A stretch of DNA of 64,000 bases from Flectonema sp. DT1601 (lineage: Eukaryota), in NCBI GenBank assembly GCA_964019425.1, contig OZ025789.1, positions 186,001 to 250,000 of the forward strand. The letters are read 5' to 3'. The position numbers and the translations under genes were made by a program. Below are positions 1 through 15,000 of this stretch, one piece after another (the first letter of the stretch is position 1; each line of letters starts with the position of its first letter). A model generated the notes under the pieces. That model had not been told where the DNA came from, made no database searches, and saw only the letters and a program-made list of their open reading frames with translations.

Positions 1-2
1 TT

Positions 3-3000
3 GTCCCACGCGCAGTCGCTGTCAGCTTCGCACGTCGGTTCGTCCCGGAGCTTCGCGCACGGCTTCTCCACGCACATCGCCGGGGAGATCGACGGGTTCC
101 AGTGGCAGTCCTCAATCCTGTCGCACTGGATCTCGGTCATGTACTCCGTGCATTTCTTCTGTACACACCCCGTCGAGTTGGTGTTGTTGTTGTTGTCCTT
201 CCACTCGCAGTACGGGTCAGCCACGCAAGGGTCCTTGCGGTCCGCCTTGCACTTCTCTTCCACACACGTTCCGGCGGTAACTTCAACCCGTCCACTGGCG
301 TCCTTCGGGTCCACGCAAAGCTCCCCAACTCCTCCCCATTCGCAGATGTACCCGTCGATTCGCTGGTGGTCACCTGGGAAGTCGTTCCACTCGCCCGAAG
401 GCCAGCGGAAGTGCGCGTAGTTCTCTCCCTCGGTAGCACACGATCCCGGACACGCTCCCTTGTAGTTGTTCGGCTCCCCCGCTTCCCAATTCGTGTACAT
501 CGGCTTCCCGGTATTCGCATCTGTCGCCGCGACGAAGCTTCCCCCGCTTCCGCTTCCAATCACCAGACCCACCTGTGATGTCAGGTCGCATCCGCTTTGG
601 TCGGCGGCGTAGGTACACCCGCCGTCCAATCCCTCCGGTCCGACAACCCATCCCCACCGTCCTTCGTCATTCTTGTCCGCCGCTCCCATCCATCCCTGGC
701 CCTCGAGCTTCATCTTCGCCACCTGATCTTCCTCCTCCGAGGTGATGGTGATCAGGTACCCGCGGAGTCCCAGGATCATGTTGTCGGCGGATTCGCACTC
801 TGCCTGCGCCTGTCCCCAGTGGCACTCGCTCGCCGTAGGGTCGACGTTCTGGCATTCCGTCTTCGAGAAATAGTGGTAGTAGTGTCCAGTCGCTGACGAC
901 AGGAACCCGTGACCGTAGTTCCAAGTGATCTTTCTCGGAGATCCGGCGTCCGACGTCGTCGTGAAGGTCACCGTCGCGATCGCCGCAGCGTACTCGGCCA
1001 TCGTCTTCGCCGTCGTCGACTTCAAGTACAAGACTCCAGGAACGTCGTGCCACTCTGCCTCGAACCCGAGGCCCGCGCACTGGTCGCAGGCGAGCACGTC
1101 TTTCCCCTTCACGTATCCCTCTTCGACATCAACTGCTGCTCCCTTCACGGTGTCCGAGCAGCTGCACTTCCCCGAAACGGTGCAGCTCACCGTCGGGAAC
1201 GGAACCATCGGTTGTCCACGGGCGTACGCCGACACAGTCGAGTTCAAAGGAATCGTCGTCTGCCACACGCATCCATCTTGCGACGCGACGCATGGTCCCT
1301 CCTCAGTCTCCTTGCAAGGGGTCTCAGTACATTCCTGGTTAAGGTTGTTCCACACGCAGTCATCTGGATCAGCGAGGCATCCCTGTTCGTTGTCTCGGTT
1401 GCACTTCTTGTCCACACATGTTGACCCGTCCTTGTCAACCTGGCAGTCCTTCTGCTTCTTGCAATCCTCTGGCTTTCCAGTGTAGATCTCGCACCCCGTC
1501 TTCGGTTCCCGCACGCAGATCGTTCCGTTTGCCCACATGCACCCGTTCGCGGCATCTGCCGTGCAGTTCTTCTCCTCGCAGTGGTGCAGACACGGACTGT
1601 CACCGCACGAAAGAGAGTTGTCGAACCACACGCATCCAGGGTCCGCCAAGCAACCCGCCTGCCGCAAATGCTGCGGGCAAGGTTGGTGTACGCCTCCGCT
1701 CGCAGGGTTCGCTCCCCCCGATCCCTGTTGGGCCGCCTGTCCAAGAACCAGCGATCCGAAAACGCCGTTCGGGTCACAGATGTCGCCGAGCACCTTCTCC
1801 GGAACCTCATCAATCTGCAGGTTCTGGAAGTGAGCGTCATGCGGGTTCGACGTAATAGGCTTCAGCGTCTCCTCTGCGTCGGCGTCGTCCCTCGTGTGCT
1901 GGGCGCTCCTACGAACAACCACACCGAACACCTTCACCTGCTCGGTGTCGAGCTCGGACCGCGCATGCTGCAGAGCGTTCGGGTCGAAGATCCGACCATC
2001 GGTGATGATGATCAGCACCCTCTGTCTTCCGTCGTTTGGAGACTGGTGGAACATGTCGGCCGACATCTGGAGACCCTTCTGGATCATCGTTCCTCTGGAG
2101 TAGTAATTCGCCTCGTGCCAGTCAACATCCGCGCTCAGCTCGTCGAAGTCTCCCGACAGCCTCGTCTCGGTTCCGGTTCCTGGAGGGGTCCCCTTCGCGT
2201 CCGCCCGTCCGTTCGATGCGCCACTCCTGTTCTTCCCCGAGAACTGGATCAATCCCACTCGGACCTCGCCCGTGTTGGCAGCAGAGTTCAGGCCCACGTC
2301 TGCCTTCTCACCGTTCAGTGGCAACGTCTTCATCCAGTCGCGGAGCATCTCCATCAGTCCGTAGAATCCATGCGGGTGGCGTCCGAAGGGCCCGGCCATC
2401 GATCCAGACCCATCCAGCAGCAGCACCAGGTCGAGCGTCGGGCACTGACCGAACTTGGTCTCGGTACAGAACGGTGTCGGAGCAAGTGAGTTCCAGAAGC
2501 ACTTCGTCTCCGCCAAACAGTCGCAGCGGTCGAGGTCCTTGCAAACCTTGTCAACACACTCGGTCGAGCTGTCGTTGAACGTGCACAGCGGGTCGGTGTT
2601 GCACGCCGGCTTGTCCTGGTTCATCGTCGCGCAGTGCTTCACGCTGCACTGCGCCGGTGTCAGCGACACGTCCCAGTGGCAAGACGAGTCCTTGTCACAA
2701 CATCTTTCGTCCGAGTGGACCGTGCACTGCTTCAGACCACATGCGTTGCTTTTCCACTCGCAATGCTGGTCCGAATTGCAAGCCTGCTCCGTCAGTGCAG
2801 GGGCTCCAGGAGCCGCCGCACAACGCTTCTTGATGCACTGGGCTCCGTCCGTCACACCGTCGCACCCGTCCCACTCGCAGAGCGCATCGCTGTGGCACGC
2901 GCTCGAGTTCGTGTGTTTGCACGGCTTCTCCACGCACATTTGCTGAAGGCCGTCCCACTCGCAACCATTTGGATCGAGGTCGCATTCCGCCTCCGTCTGC

Positions 3001-6000
3001 TGGTTGCAGATACGCTCCTCGCAGTCCCCCTTCGTCTGGTTCCAGTCGCACTTCTGGTCCTTTTCGCAAGTCACGTCATCCTGGTACGAGCACAACGGAT
3101 TCTTCCAGCATCCCTCGAGACCGGCCACCGATGCGTTCCAGTAGCAGTCGTTTAGCGTATCGGCTGTGCACCGAGTTACGTTGCAGTGCTCCACGCACGG
3201 CGAGTCAACACACTCGAGTCCGATCGAGCTGAACACGCACCCAGCGTCCGCCGTGCACAGCACCTGGTCCACGTACTGCGGGCACGGCTTGTGCACTCCA
3301 GACTGGTTCTGCGCCGCTGCTCCCGACAGCAGCAGGAGGGCTCCCCACTTGCTGTTCGGGTCGCAGAGCCCGTTCAACACCGTGGTTGGCAGCTCGTCGA
3401 TCATCAGATTCTCAAAATGGTCGTCGTGAGGATCAGACGTGATCGGCTTCAGCTTCTCCTCCGCGAGGGTGTCCACTGGTGAATGTGTTGCCTGCCTACG
3501 GAGAACCACTCCGAACACCTCAACGCTCTCCTGGTTCAGAGTCGCCCTCGCTGATGCGAGCTTGTCATCATCCTTGATCGCACCGTCGGTGATGATGATC
3601 AGCACCCGCTTCCTCCCCGCGGGGCTCGCGCGGAACATGTCCCCGGCCCATCCGAGACCCTGGTTGATGTACGTACCCGCCTGCAAATAGTTCGCCTCGT
3701 GGTAGTCGATGTCTGACTGCAACTCCGTCAGCTTTCCAGTCAACGACCCGAACGAACCGACTCCGATAGGGCTCTTGATCGCCGCCTTGTCTACAGCCGT
3801 TCCGCCGCTGATAGGGATTCCAGAGAACTGGATCACCCCCATGCGCATTCCTCCGTTCGGCGCCGTCGAGTTCGCCCCCACCTGGTGGCTCTCCCCGGTC
3901 AGCGGCAAGGTCTTCACCCAGTCACGAATCATCTCCATCATCGCGTAGAACCCGTTCGGATGGCGTCCGAAGTTCTGCGACATCGATCCTGATCCGTCCA
4001 GCAACAACACCACGTCGAGCGTAGGGCACTGCCCGTAACGGTTCTCCACACATTTCCCGCTTCCCGAAGACGTGTCCCAGAAGCACTTCGGCTCCGCCTT
4101 GCAGTCGCATCTCTCGAACGGATCGCACACCTTATCAACGCAGCGGTTGGCCCCGTCGTCCCACACGCAGTCGTCCTTCACGTTGCACGTCGTCGGATCC
4201 TTGTTTTTGTTGCAGATCTTCTCCGTGCAGAGCGACGGCGACACGGTCACGTCCCAGTGGCAGACCGGGTCCTTGTCGCACTCCTTCTCGTTCGGAATTT
4301 CGACGCACGGCGCCACCACGCACGGCTCGACATTTCCTCCCACCCACGAGCACTTGGGGTTGGCTTTGCAGTCTGTTTCCGTGTCGTTCACGCAGGCCTT
4401 CTCCACGCACACTCCAGCAACCAAGTCCGTCACTCCCGTCGCGTCGCTCACGTCGGCGCACATCTCACCGATTCCTCCCCATTCGCAGATGTACCCGTCG
4501 ATTCGCTGGTGGTCTCCCGGGTAGTCGTTCCATTCGCCCGAAGGCCACAGGAAGTGTCCGAAGTCCTCACCGTCCTTGACGCACGATCCCGGGCACGGTC
4601 CGCGGAAGTCATTCGGCTCGTTGTTTGCCCAATTTCCGTACATGTCCCTCCCGGTGTTCGGGTCAACCGCCGGCGCGAAGTTGCCCCCGGTACCGGAACC
4701 GAACGGCAATCCCTTCTCAGAAGCGAGGTTGCATGAGCTGCTGGTACTCGAATACTGACACCCTCCGGCAGCTCCCTCTGGTCCAGTAACCCAGCTCCAT
4801 GTTCCTTCCTCGCCAACGTCGCTTGCTCCCATCCATCCCTGACCTTCCAGCTTCATCCTCGCTACCTCGTCTTCCACCTCGCTCGTGATGGTGATCAAGT
4901 ACCCGCGGAGTCCCAGAATCTGGTTCGAGTCCGAAGCGCATTGTTCCTGGGCATCGCTCCACGTGCACGCCCCGCCAGCGCAAGTCGACTTCGGGTAGAA
5001 GTGGTAGAAGCTGCCAGTGTGCGACGAGTAGAATCCGTGACCGTAGTTCCAAGTGATCCTCCTCTTCCCGGAGTTGTCTGCAGAAGTGCTGAACTCGATG
5101 CTGGCAACCGCCTTCGCCAACTCATCCGCCGTTCCGGTCGAAATCGTCAGCATCCCGCTCACCGCGTGCCACTCGGCCGTCAGCCCCAGCGACTTGCAAG
5201 CAACACAAGTCAGCGTGTCCTTCCCGCTCAGATATCCGTCCTCGATGTCTACCGTCGCTCCCGGAAGCACATTCGAACCAATCGTCGTCGTGCAGCTGCA
5301 CCCGTTCTTCCAGCTCCCAGGGGTCTGGCAGGTCAGTCCCTCGAACGGCTTCACCGCAACGTCCTTCTCATACGTCATTTGATTCGCGAGGTTCCCAACT
5401 GCCCCAGAGCCACTCGACCAGTCACACATCGGGTCCGCCGCGCAGTCAGACTGCTTATCGTGAAGGCACGGCTTCCTCGAGCACCCAGGCGTCGGGAGAT
5501 CCTTCCACTCGCATCCCTCAGGGTCCGACAAACACGTCTGCTCGTTGTCGTGCTTGCACGGGTCGTTGGTGCACTCTGCGGCCTTCGCAATCGAGAAGTC
5601 GCTCGACGGCGGCGGGCACACGCATCTCCAATCGTCGGTGCTGTTCACCGAAGTGTTCGGATCGAAGCAAGTCTGCTGGCAGTCCAGGCTTCCCGCCCGA
5701 CAGTCTACCGTGCACTTGAACCCGTTCGTGTCGCACTCGTCCTCCTCACATTTGGCAGGCTTCCCAGTCGCCACGTTCGACGACGGAGGTGGGCACTTGC
5801 AGAGCCAGTCATTCGTCGACTGCAAAGTCATCTTGGGGTCCTCGCACTCCTGTCCGGCATCAGAGCAAGTGCTTCCCGCGCAAGTAGGGCACGTCTGCAC
5901 GCACTCGTCGAGAACACACTTCGCCTGCTGCGTTATCGCGATCCCGACTGACGGTGGCGGACACATGCATTCCCAGTCGTGCAACTTCGCGGCGTTCGGG

Positions 6001-9000
6001 TCCCGACACGTCTGCCCGACTGCTCTACACGTAGCTCCGTTCTCAACACACTCGTCGACTTCGCAAGTCGCCACCGGAGCTCCGGTCATCACCCCCGAGG
6101 TCGGCGGCGGGCACTCGCACTTGAAGTCCTTCTGCGGAGGACACGTCTTCACGCTGTCGAAACAAGTCTGTCCAGCCACCAAGCAAATCGTATTGTTTCG
6201 GCACTCGTCGCACACGCAGTCCGCCTGCTTTGCCGTTGCCACTCCCCTCCCTGGGTCGACGCACGTGCACATCCAGTCAGAGACCGAGTCAACCGACTTG
6301 TTCGGATCCTCGCACGTTTGCCCAACGCTGGTGCACGTGTGCGAGCCACCCTGTTGCGTCTGCGCACAGGTCGAGCACACGGCCACGCACTCGTCCAACT
6401 GGCACTTGGCAGGAGCCGCCACCGCAGGGGTTCCCACCTGCGGTGGCACGCATTCACAGGTCCAGTCCCCGAGGTCCGTGTGCGACTGCTTGTTGTCCAC
6501 GCACAGCTGTCCCTCCGCCGAGCACACGTTGGTCGGGCTGGTGTCGGTTTGCGCGCAGGTAGGGCAGGTCACGACGCACTCGTCCAACAAGCAGTCGGTC
6601 GGCGTTCCCAAAGTCACGTTTGTTCCGATTGCCGGTGGGGCGCACATGCATACCCAGTTTCCATCAACCATCGGGTTTGGGTCGTCGCACACGAACCCGA
6701 GATCCGTGCACTTCTTCTTCGCATCATCATCGGTGTTGCATTCTCCCGGATACTCGCAGTGCGCAGGAACCTGTTGCCCGCGTACCGCCGCAACCGCAGG
6801 AGGAACCACGCACACGCACTCCCAGGTTCCCCTCGTCTTCTTGTCGTCGTCAACGCAGACCTGTCCAGCTGCGGTGCACACCTTCTCGTTCTTTGGGTCG
6901 TGGCACTCGTCGTCTTCACACGGCGTTGCAGCTGCGGCAATCGCGATGTCCGTCGCCGGAGGCGGACATTTGCACACCCAATCCGACAGCGAGGTCGCGT
7001 CGTGGTTCGGGTCGTGGCAGGTCTGGTTCTGGCTCGAACACGTGTCGTTCGCACACGTGGCGCACACCTTCAGACACTCGTCGATATTGCAGTGCGCAGG
7101 TGCCGCGTGACCTAACCCTGTCATGGGAGGGATGCACTCGCATGTCCAATCTCCAGTCGAGGAAGCGGTCTTATCCGGATCGTGGCATTTCTGCTCGCCG
7201 GTTGTCGCAGTCTTGCAGACGTCCTTCTCGCAAGTCGGGCAGTCCTTCTCGCACTCATCCAGCAAGCAGATCGCTGGTCCCGCGGTCATCGTTCCGTTTG
7301 TCGGCGGAAGGCACTCGCACTTCCAGTCTCCCTGCTGATTAAAGTTTGGATCGACGCACCGCTGCCCGACGTTCGCGCAGATGTCCCCGTGGAGCGTGCA
7401 CTCGTCAACTTTACAGTCTGCACGACCCCCGACGTTCGTCTTGTTCGAAGGCGGCGGGCAGATGCACATCCAGTCTCCCTTCGAAGCGGCGTTCATGTTT
7501 GGGTCGAGGCAAGTCTGATTCTTGCACGTGTCTTGCTGGACCACACACTCGTCGATCTTGCAGTCCGCCGCTGCCGCCGTCGCCTTTCCAGTCGATGGTG
7601 GAGGGCACGTGCACGTCCAGTCGCTGTGGTGCGTCATCGTCGGGTTCGGGTCATTGCAAGTCTGCCCCACGCTCGTGCACGTGTCGTTCGCACACGTTGG
7701 GCAGGTCGCCACGCACTCGTCGAGCCTGCAGTTCGCCGGCAGCTGCGAAGGCTGCGCCCCCGAAGGGAAGATCGTCGTCGGCGGGATGCAGTCACACACG
7801 TAGTCGTCTGGCGAACACGGATCCTTGTTCGGATCGCTGCAGCTCTGTCCAACCGCCGTGCACCCAACTCCCTTGGTCTTGCACTCATCGTAGATGCACT
7901 TGTTGCTTTCCCACGTGCATCTCGCGTCAGCGTTGCACTGCTGCTCGTTGTACTGCGGGTCATTCGTAACGAACTTACATGGACAGGTCGGGTCCTCGGC
8001 CTTCGAGCACGTCGCGTTCTGCGAGTTCCAAGTGCAGTTGTTTCCCTTGTCGTTCCTGCAATCCGGTTCCAGACAGTGCATCAAGCATGGCGAGTTCACG
8101 CACAGCCCACCGACATCCGACCACACGCACCCCGCGTCCTGGGAGCACGGCGTCTCCGTCACGTAGTCCGGGCAAGGGTGGTGCACCCCGGTCGTCGGCT
8201 TTGGAGGGTCCTTCACGATCAAGTGTCCCCACGGACCGTTCGGGTCGCAGATCGATCCAATCAGGTCTGGGATGTCGTCGATCATCAGGTTGCGGAAGTG
8301 CTCGTCATGCGGGTTCGATGTGATCGGCTTCAGGGTCTTCTCGGCGTTACGGTCGTCTGGTGTGTGCTGATCCTTCTTCCTCACAACGATACCAAAAGTC
8401 TGCACACCCTCACGGTCGAGCTCAGCGCGAGCAGGTGCCAGCAACTGCCCATCGAAGATCTCACCGTCGGTGAAGATGAACAGGACGCGCTGCCTTCCGT
8501 CCACCGGTGAACCGTGGAAGATGTCCCCGACCATTACCAGCGCCTTCTCAATCATCGTTCCCTTCCTGTAGTAGTTGTTCTCGTGGAAGTCGAGGTCCGC
8601 GTCCAGCTCCCCCAGCACCCCGGACAGCCTTCCGTTGGTCGTCCTGGCACCCGACGCCGTCTTCGCTTCGCTGCGGCGGTAGTTCTTCCCAGAGAACTGC
8701 ACGAAGGCGACACGCACCCCGCCATTGTTCGCTGCCGAGTTCAGCCCGACAGACGCGTCCTCGCCGTTCAGCGGTAGCTTCCCGACCCAATCCCTCATCA
8801 TCTCTACCAGCGCGTAGAACCCGTGCGGATGGCTCCCGAAGGTCGATGCCATCGATCCCGATCCGTCGAGGATCACTGCGATGTCGAGAGTTGGGCACTC
8901 TCCGAACTCAATCGCCACGCACTGCCCCTGACCGTTCAACCCCGCTCCCGGTTTCCAGTAGCACTTCGAGTTCTTGTCGCAAGGACAGCGGGTCGGGTAC

Positions 9001-12000
9001 TTGCTGCAGTCGAGGTCCCTGCACGTTCTCTTCGCATCGTCCCACATGCAATCAGTTTCGTTGTTGCACGTGTCCTTGACCCCGATCTTCGGACACTTCT
9101 TGTCCCCACACACCGGAGGGGTCACAGTGATGTCCCACTTGCATGCATCCTTGTGGTCGCAGCATCTTTCGTCGAGGTATTTCGCGCACAAGTTCTCCTT
9201 GCAGCTACCGACGACCCCGGTGGCGTCCCACGAGCAGCGCGAATCCGCCGTGCACTCTCCCGCGTTCGTGTGCTTGCACAGGACCTCCTTGCACGACGAC
9301 CTCGTGCCGTTGCAGGCGTCCGCCGACCACGCGCAGTTCGGATCCGTCTCGCAGGTAGTCTTATCCGGGTGCTGGCACTTCTTCTCCACGCACTGGTCCT
9401 TCCCCTGCACGTTGATCCACTCGCAGCTGTCGGGGTCGTCCAAGCAGTCCTGGATGTTGGTGTTCGGCGTGCACTTCTCCTTCTGGCACTTCGGGTCCTT
9501 AACGTTGTCCCACACGCACTTCTCTGGCGACTTCACGCACTCGGCAATCGTGGTGTACGCGCATTCAGTCTTCTTCCAACAATCCCCAGTCGTCGAGTTC
9601 CACGCACACAGGTTCACCGTGTCGGCCGTGCACGTAGGATCGTCACAGTGCGCTGTGCACGGGGAGTCGGCGCAAGCCGTCGATGCCGTGTCCCACACGC
9701 ACCCGGCGTCCTGCGTACAATCGTGCGTGCCGGTGTAGTGATCGCACGGCCTGTGCACCCCACTCTGCCCAGGTGCGTTCGTCGACGACACAATCAAGTG
9801 TCCCCACACTCCGTTCGGATCGCAGATGTCCGCGAACACCTGCGACGCCACCTCGTCGATCTGCAAGTTCTGGAAGTGGTCATCGTGTGGGTCTGACGTG
9901 ATTGGCTTCAGCGTTTTCTCGGCATCAGTGTCGGCAGGCGTGTGTACGGATTGGCGACGCAGCACGATACCAAAGGTCTGCACCTGCTCCTGGTTCAGTA
10001 CCTGTCTTGCCGAGTCCAGCACATCCGGGTCGAAGATCTTTCCGTCGGTGACGATGATCAGAATTCTCTTCCTCGAGCTCACCTTGTGCGAACGATCGAA
10101 CATGTCACCGACCATTTCAAGACCCAGCTGGATCATCGTACCCTTTCCGAGGTAGTTGTTCTCATGCCAGTCAAGGTCGTCGTTAATCTCACTTTCGAGA
10201 CCACTGAGATGTCCTCCAGTGCCAGTATTTCCGCTAGTTTCGATGGCGTTGGTGCTTCCCGGAGACCACGGCCAAGGCTGTCCGCGATTCTTCCCAGAGA
10301 ATTGCACGAAACCGAGACGCACACCTCCCGTCAACGGACCTCCCGGCGTAGGCGACGCCGCCGGCTCCCCAGTCAGCGGAAGGGTCTTCACCCAATCACG
10401 GAGAATCTCGACCAAAGCGTAGAACCCGTGCGGGTGACGTCCGAAGTTCTTCGACATTGATCCCGAACCGTCGAGCAGCAGGATGATGTCCATCACAGGG
10501 CACTCCCCATATTTCTTGTCAGCGCACTTCACACCACTCCAGAAGCAGTCTGGATCTTTCTTACACGCGCATTCTTCCATCTTGTTGCACACCTTGTCCA
10601 CACACTCATTCGTCGTGCTGTTCCACATGCATAATCCGTCGCCATTACATGGGTCTACGTGTGCGGTAGTCGGGTACGTCGATGGGCAGTACTTTTGCTT
10701 GCACACCGCAGGCGCCTGGCTGACATCCCAGTGACAGCTGTCGTCGTGGTCACAGCACTTTTCATCCGGGTAGTTTACGCACGGAGCAGGCTCGCAAGAC
10801 AGCTGCTGGCTCCACACGCAGTAGATGTCCGCCTGGCAACCTGCCTGATTCTTGTGGCTGTCGAGGGTGCACCTCTTCGGAACACACTTCTGGTCCACCG
10901 GGTCTGCGCACACGTCGTCCCAAGTGCAGGCCGGATCAGCTACGCACTCGGTTTTGTTGTAGTAGCAAGGCGTTTTTACGCAGTCTGGCGGTCGCAGGCT
11001 TGTGTCCCACATGCACTTCTCTCCGAGATTCACGCAAGCATCCTCCGTTGTTGCATCGCACTCCGGCTCGAAGCAAGCAGGGTCCTTCGCCTGATCCCAT
11101 TGGCACTTGTTTGACTTGCAGTCCGGCTGGTTCTGGAAGTCTTTGCACACAGCCTTCTCGCACTCGGAGGTTGCGCTCCACAAGCATTTGTTCGTCGGAT
11201 CGGTTGTGCAATTTTTCTCGTTACAGTGCGAGAAGCAAGGGTGGTCCTCACATTTTAGGCTGATGGAATTCCACTGGCACGTTTTCTCCGCGTCGCAACT
11301 CACCAACGCTCCAATTTGGCTGCAAGTTGTCACCTGTGGAGTCGAAGATCCCTGCGTGATGTACGTTCCGAACGGGCTGTTTGGATCACAGAAACCGTCC
11401 ATAATCGAAAGTGCTTCGTCCACTTGCAGTGAAAGGGCGTGTGTTTCTTTAGGGTTGGAAACAATCTCCTTCAACGTCACCAAGTTCGCCATGTCACGTG
11501 CGGTCGCGCTCGCTCGGCGTCTAAGGAGGATCCCGAATACCTTTACTCCCTCCGCTGCCAATACCCGACCGGCAGGTCCAAGCTCATCCTTGTCCATGAT
11601 CCTTCCATCGGTGATGATCAGCAGCACCTTCTGTCTATGCGCCGGTGATTCCTTGAAGATCTCACCTGCCCACTCCTCCGCCTCCTTCACCTTCGTCTTG
11701 CACCGGAGAGCTTCTCCCTCGTACCAGTCGAGGTCCCCAAGGAGCTGGCTCCTGTCACCGGTCAACTTTCCGCACGTGTCAGCCACAGCCGGAGTCGTTC
11801 CCGGAATGATACTCAGCGTTGGGATACCGTCTCCCTTCGTCACCCCATTCTTAGGATTGCATGAGCACGTAGGGCACTGCGCAACGCGAACTCCTGTGTC
11901 CCACGAGTTGAAGGCCACACGAAGCTTTCCTCCCTTGACGTCCGAGCTGATCCCCTTGGTCGAATCCTCGCCGGTCAGGGGAACCTTCTGTACCCAGTCC

Positions 12001-15000
12001 CTCATCACCTCCATCAGAGCATCAAACCCGCTAGGGTGACGCCCGAATGTCTTGTCCATCGAGCACGATGCGTCAAACGACACCACCACGTCGAGGTCGG
12101 GGCAGCTCGAGTACTTCTGATCCACACAAACTATAGGGCTCACCGACCTGTCGACGATGCAGCGAGGGTCCTCCGTGCACAGACACACCATGTCCTTAGC
12201 ATCGAACAGCGCCGGTTTGTTGTAGTCACTGCACAACTTGTCCACGCATTTGTTCGCAGCATCATCCCACCTGCACAATCCCTTCTGGTCAGTGTTGCAG
12301 CTGTCCTTGCCCGTGTGCTTGTCGAAGCAGTACTTCTCCACACACAACCCACACCCAACAGCGTCCCAGTCACAGTCCGTGTCACGGCTGCACGTCACCT
12401 CGTCAGCGTGTTTGTAGCACTTCGTCTCAGCACAAGCCGCACCGTCCCAGTTGCACGCGGTATCCGCGAGGCACTCCGCCTGAATCGTCCCCGTGCAGCG
12501 CTTCTTGTGGCACAGCGGGTTCGCCCCGTCCCCCCACTCACATTCAGGATCCCGACTGTTCTCACATGAGCCCTGGTCGGTAAACTGACAAACCTTGTTG
12601 ATGCACGAGTCGCTCACGCAGTCCCAGTCGCACAACCCGCTCGGGTCAGCCAAGCACTTCTGCTCATCCTTGGTCTGGGTGCAGTCCGGCACCGTCGGGT
12701 TGCAGGTGCCAGTCGAATAATCCCACTTGCACTTGTCGTCGGCGTTGCAGGGCCCAGGCGCGAAGTGTTGGCATTTCTTTGGATCACACTCTGCCGGCAC
12801 CTTCGTTGTGTTCCAGTCGCACAGATCGTCCTGAACGCAATCCTGCTGCTTTGGGTACTCGCAAACCTCGCGCTGGCACTTGTCCTGGTCCCAGAAGCAT
12901 CCAGTTGCCCTATCACACTCCGGCTTGAGGCAGTGCTTCTCGCATTCAGTCGTCACACACATTCCGTTCGCCGTGTTCCGCGCTCCCGCCGTGCAAGTCA
13001 CCGACCCTCCGGCGAGCATGCAATTCTCGCAAACGAATCCGGAAGCCTTCTGCGTCGCCGAAAGCTCCAAGCAGTTCAGGTTCAGGCACCCATCGGCCGC
13101 AGCACACTTCTGGGGAACCTGGTCCTGCCAGTCGCATGCCTGGTCCGCACGGCACTCCAGCTTCACTCCCCACTTCGAACACGGGACAGAAGCACCGGTC
13201 GCCGGCGGTGTCGTTGAGCCTCCCCCCTGGTTCTGGTGCGCCTGGATTGCTGCCCCAAAGCGGCCAGCAGGGTCGCAGAAGTCCTTGAACACCTCCTCCA
13301 ACATGTCGTCCAGCGGAACGTTCACAAAGTGGTCATCGTGCGGATCCGAAGTGATCGGCTTCAGGGTTTTTTCCGCATCCAAGTCAGCATCCGTGTGTGC
13401 AGCACTCTTGCGTACCACTACACCGAAAGTGATCACATCCATCGCATCCAAGTTCTGTCGGATCTGTGGGATCTCGACACTGCTCTGCGGCTCCTTCGGG
13501 TTCATCGCCCCGTCGGTGATGACGATCAGAACGTGCTGTCTGTGCGATGGCGATCCCTGGAACACGTGCACTGCATCCTCCAACGCCTTTGCCATGTAGG
13601 TTACCGACCCCATGTAGTTCGTCTCGTGCCAGTCCAGGTCGACGTCCAGCTCGCTGCGTTTCCCACTGAGCTCTCCATCAGTGCACGTACCTCTGGGAAC
13701 AGGATCCCTGCACCTCCTGCTCTGGGTGCACCCCTGGTTGTTGTTCCTGCACACCCAGTACTCGTCAGTTCTCGAGAACTGCACGAACGCGAGACGGAAG
13801 GTTCCTCCGACCACCGTCGATCTATTCCCGACCGTGTGATCCTCCCCCGTCAGCGGAAGGGTCTGCATCCAGTCGCGCAGCATCTCCACCATTCCAAAGT
13901 ATCCGTGAGGGTGGTTCCCAAAAGTTCCGCTCATCGAGCCAGATCCGTCCAGCACGAACACTACGTCCAGGTCGGGACAAGCCGACACGTGCACATCCCT
14001 GCACTTCGGGCTGGCCGTTGAATCCCAGTAGCAGTTCGGTTGCTTCGTGCACTCGCAGTTCTTCAGGAAATCGCTGCACTTCGCCGTCTCACAGTAGTCT
14101 CCTTTGGAGTCTGTTCCCTTCTTGCAGTTCGGGTCGCTCTCGCAGCTATCCGCCACCTTGCTCGCAGGCGGGTAGTTCGCGTTGTGCGCCACCGTGCAAA
14201 CCGTCGGTTGGCACGATGCAGGCGCCGTTGTGGTGTTCCAGTGGCAGCGCGGGTCGTGGTCACAACCAACAATGTCGTTTCCGAAGCTTGGGCAGTAGTC
14301 TGTCACGCACGGAGTCGTTCCGTCCCACACACAAAGCGGATCCTGGTTGCAATTGTTCTGGTTCGTATGCACCTTGCACTTGTCTACTTCGCACTGATTG
14401 CTTTTGGTGTTCCACTTGCAGTTCTCGCACCCAGCTGCGTCGCAAGACTGCTGGGCAGTGTACGAACACAGTTTCTCTGAACAAGCTCCGTTCTTCCATT
14501 CACAATTCGAGTCCACTCCGCAAGTCCCCGGGATCGTGTACTGACACCGGCTGTCACGGCACTCAGTTGGCAACGAGCAGTTGTACACACACTGCGGGTC
14601 CGCGAGGCAGTCTGCTTGCAACTTCCCATCACACGTCGGGACCTGCAAGCACACAGGTGGGTCAACTCCCGTGTCCCACAAGCATTCCGTCTTGTTCAGG
14701 CACGCTTCTCTCACGAACACAGCGGCGCACGGCTTCTTCGAACAATCCCTAGTGTTGTCGTCCCACACGCACAGCGAGTCCGCGTCTCCCTCGCAGTTGG
14801 TCTTGTCGGTGTGCTCGCACACTTTCCTCGTGCACTCCTTCGGCGTTCCCGACCACGCGCATGCAGGGTCCTTGTCACAGCAATCTTTCTCGCAGCAGTC
14901 CTTGCAGTGCGTCGTTCCGCAGGTCCCGTCGATCGCTGACACCACTCCAGCACCGCAGATGACCGTCGCCCGCTGCAGCTTGCAGTTCGCACACCGGAAC

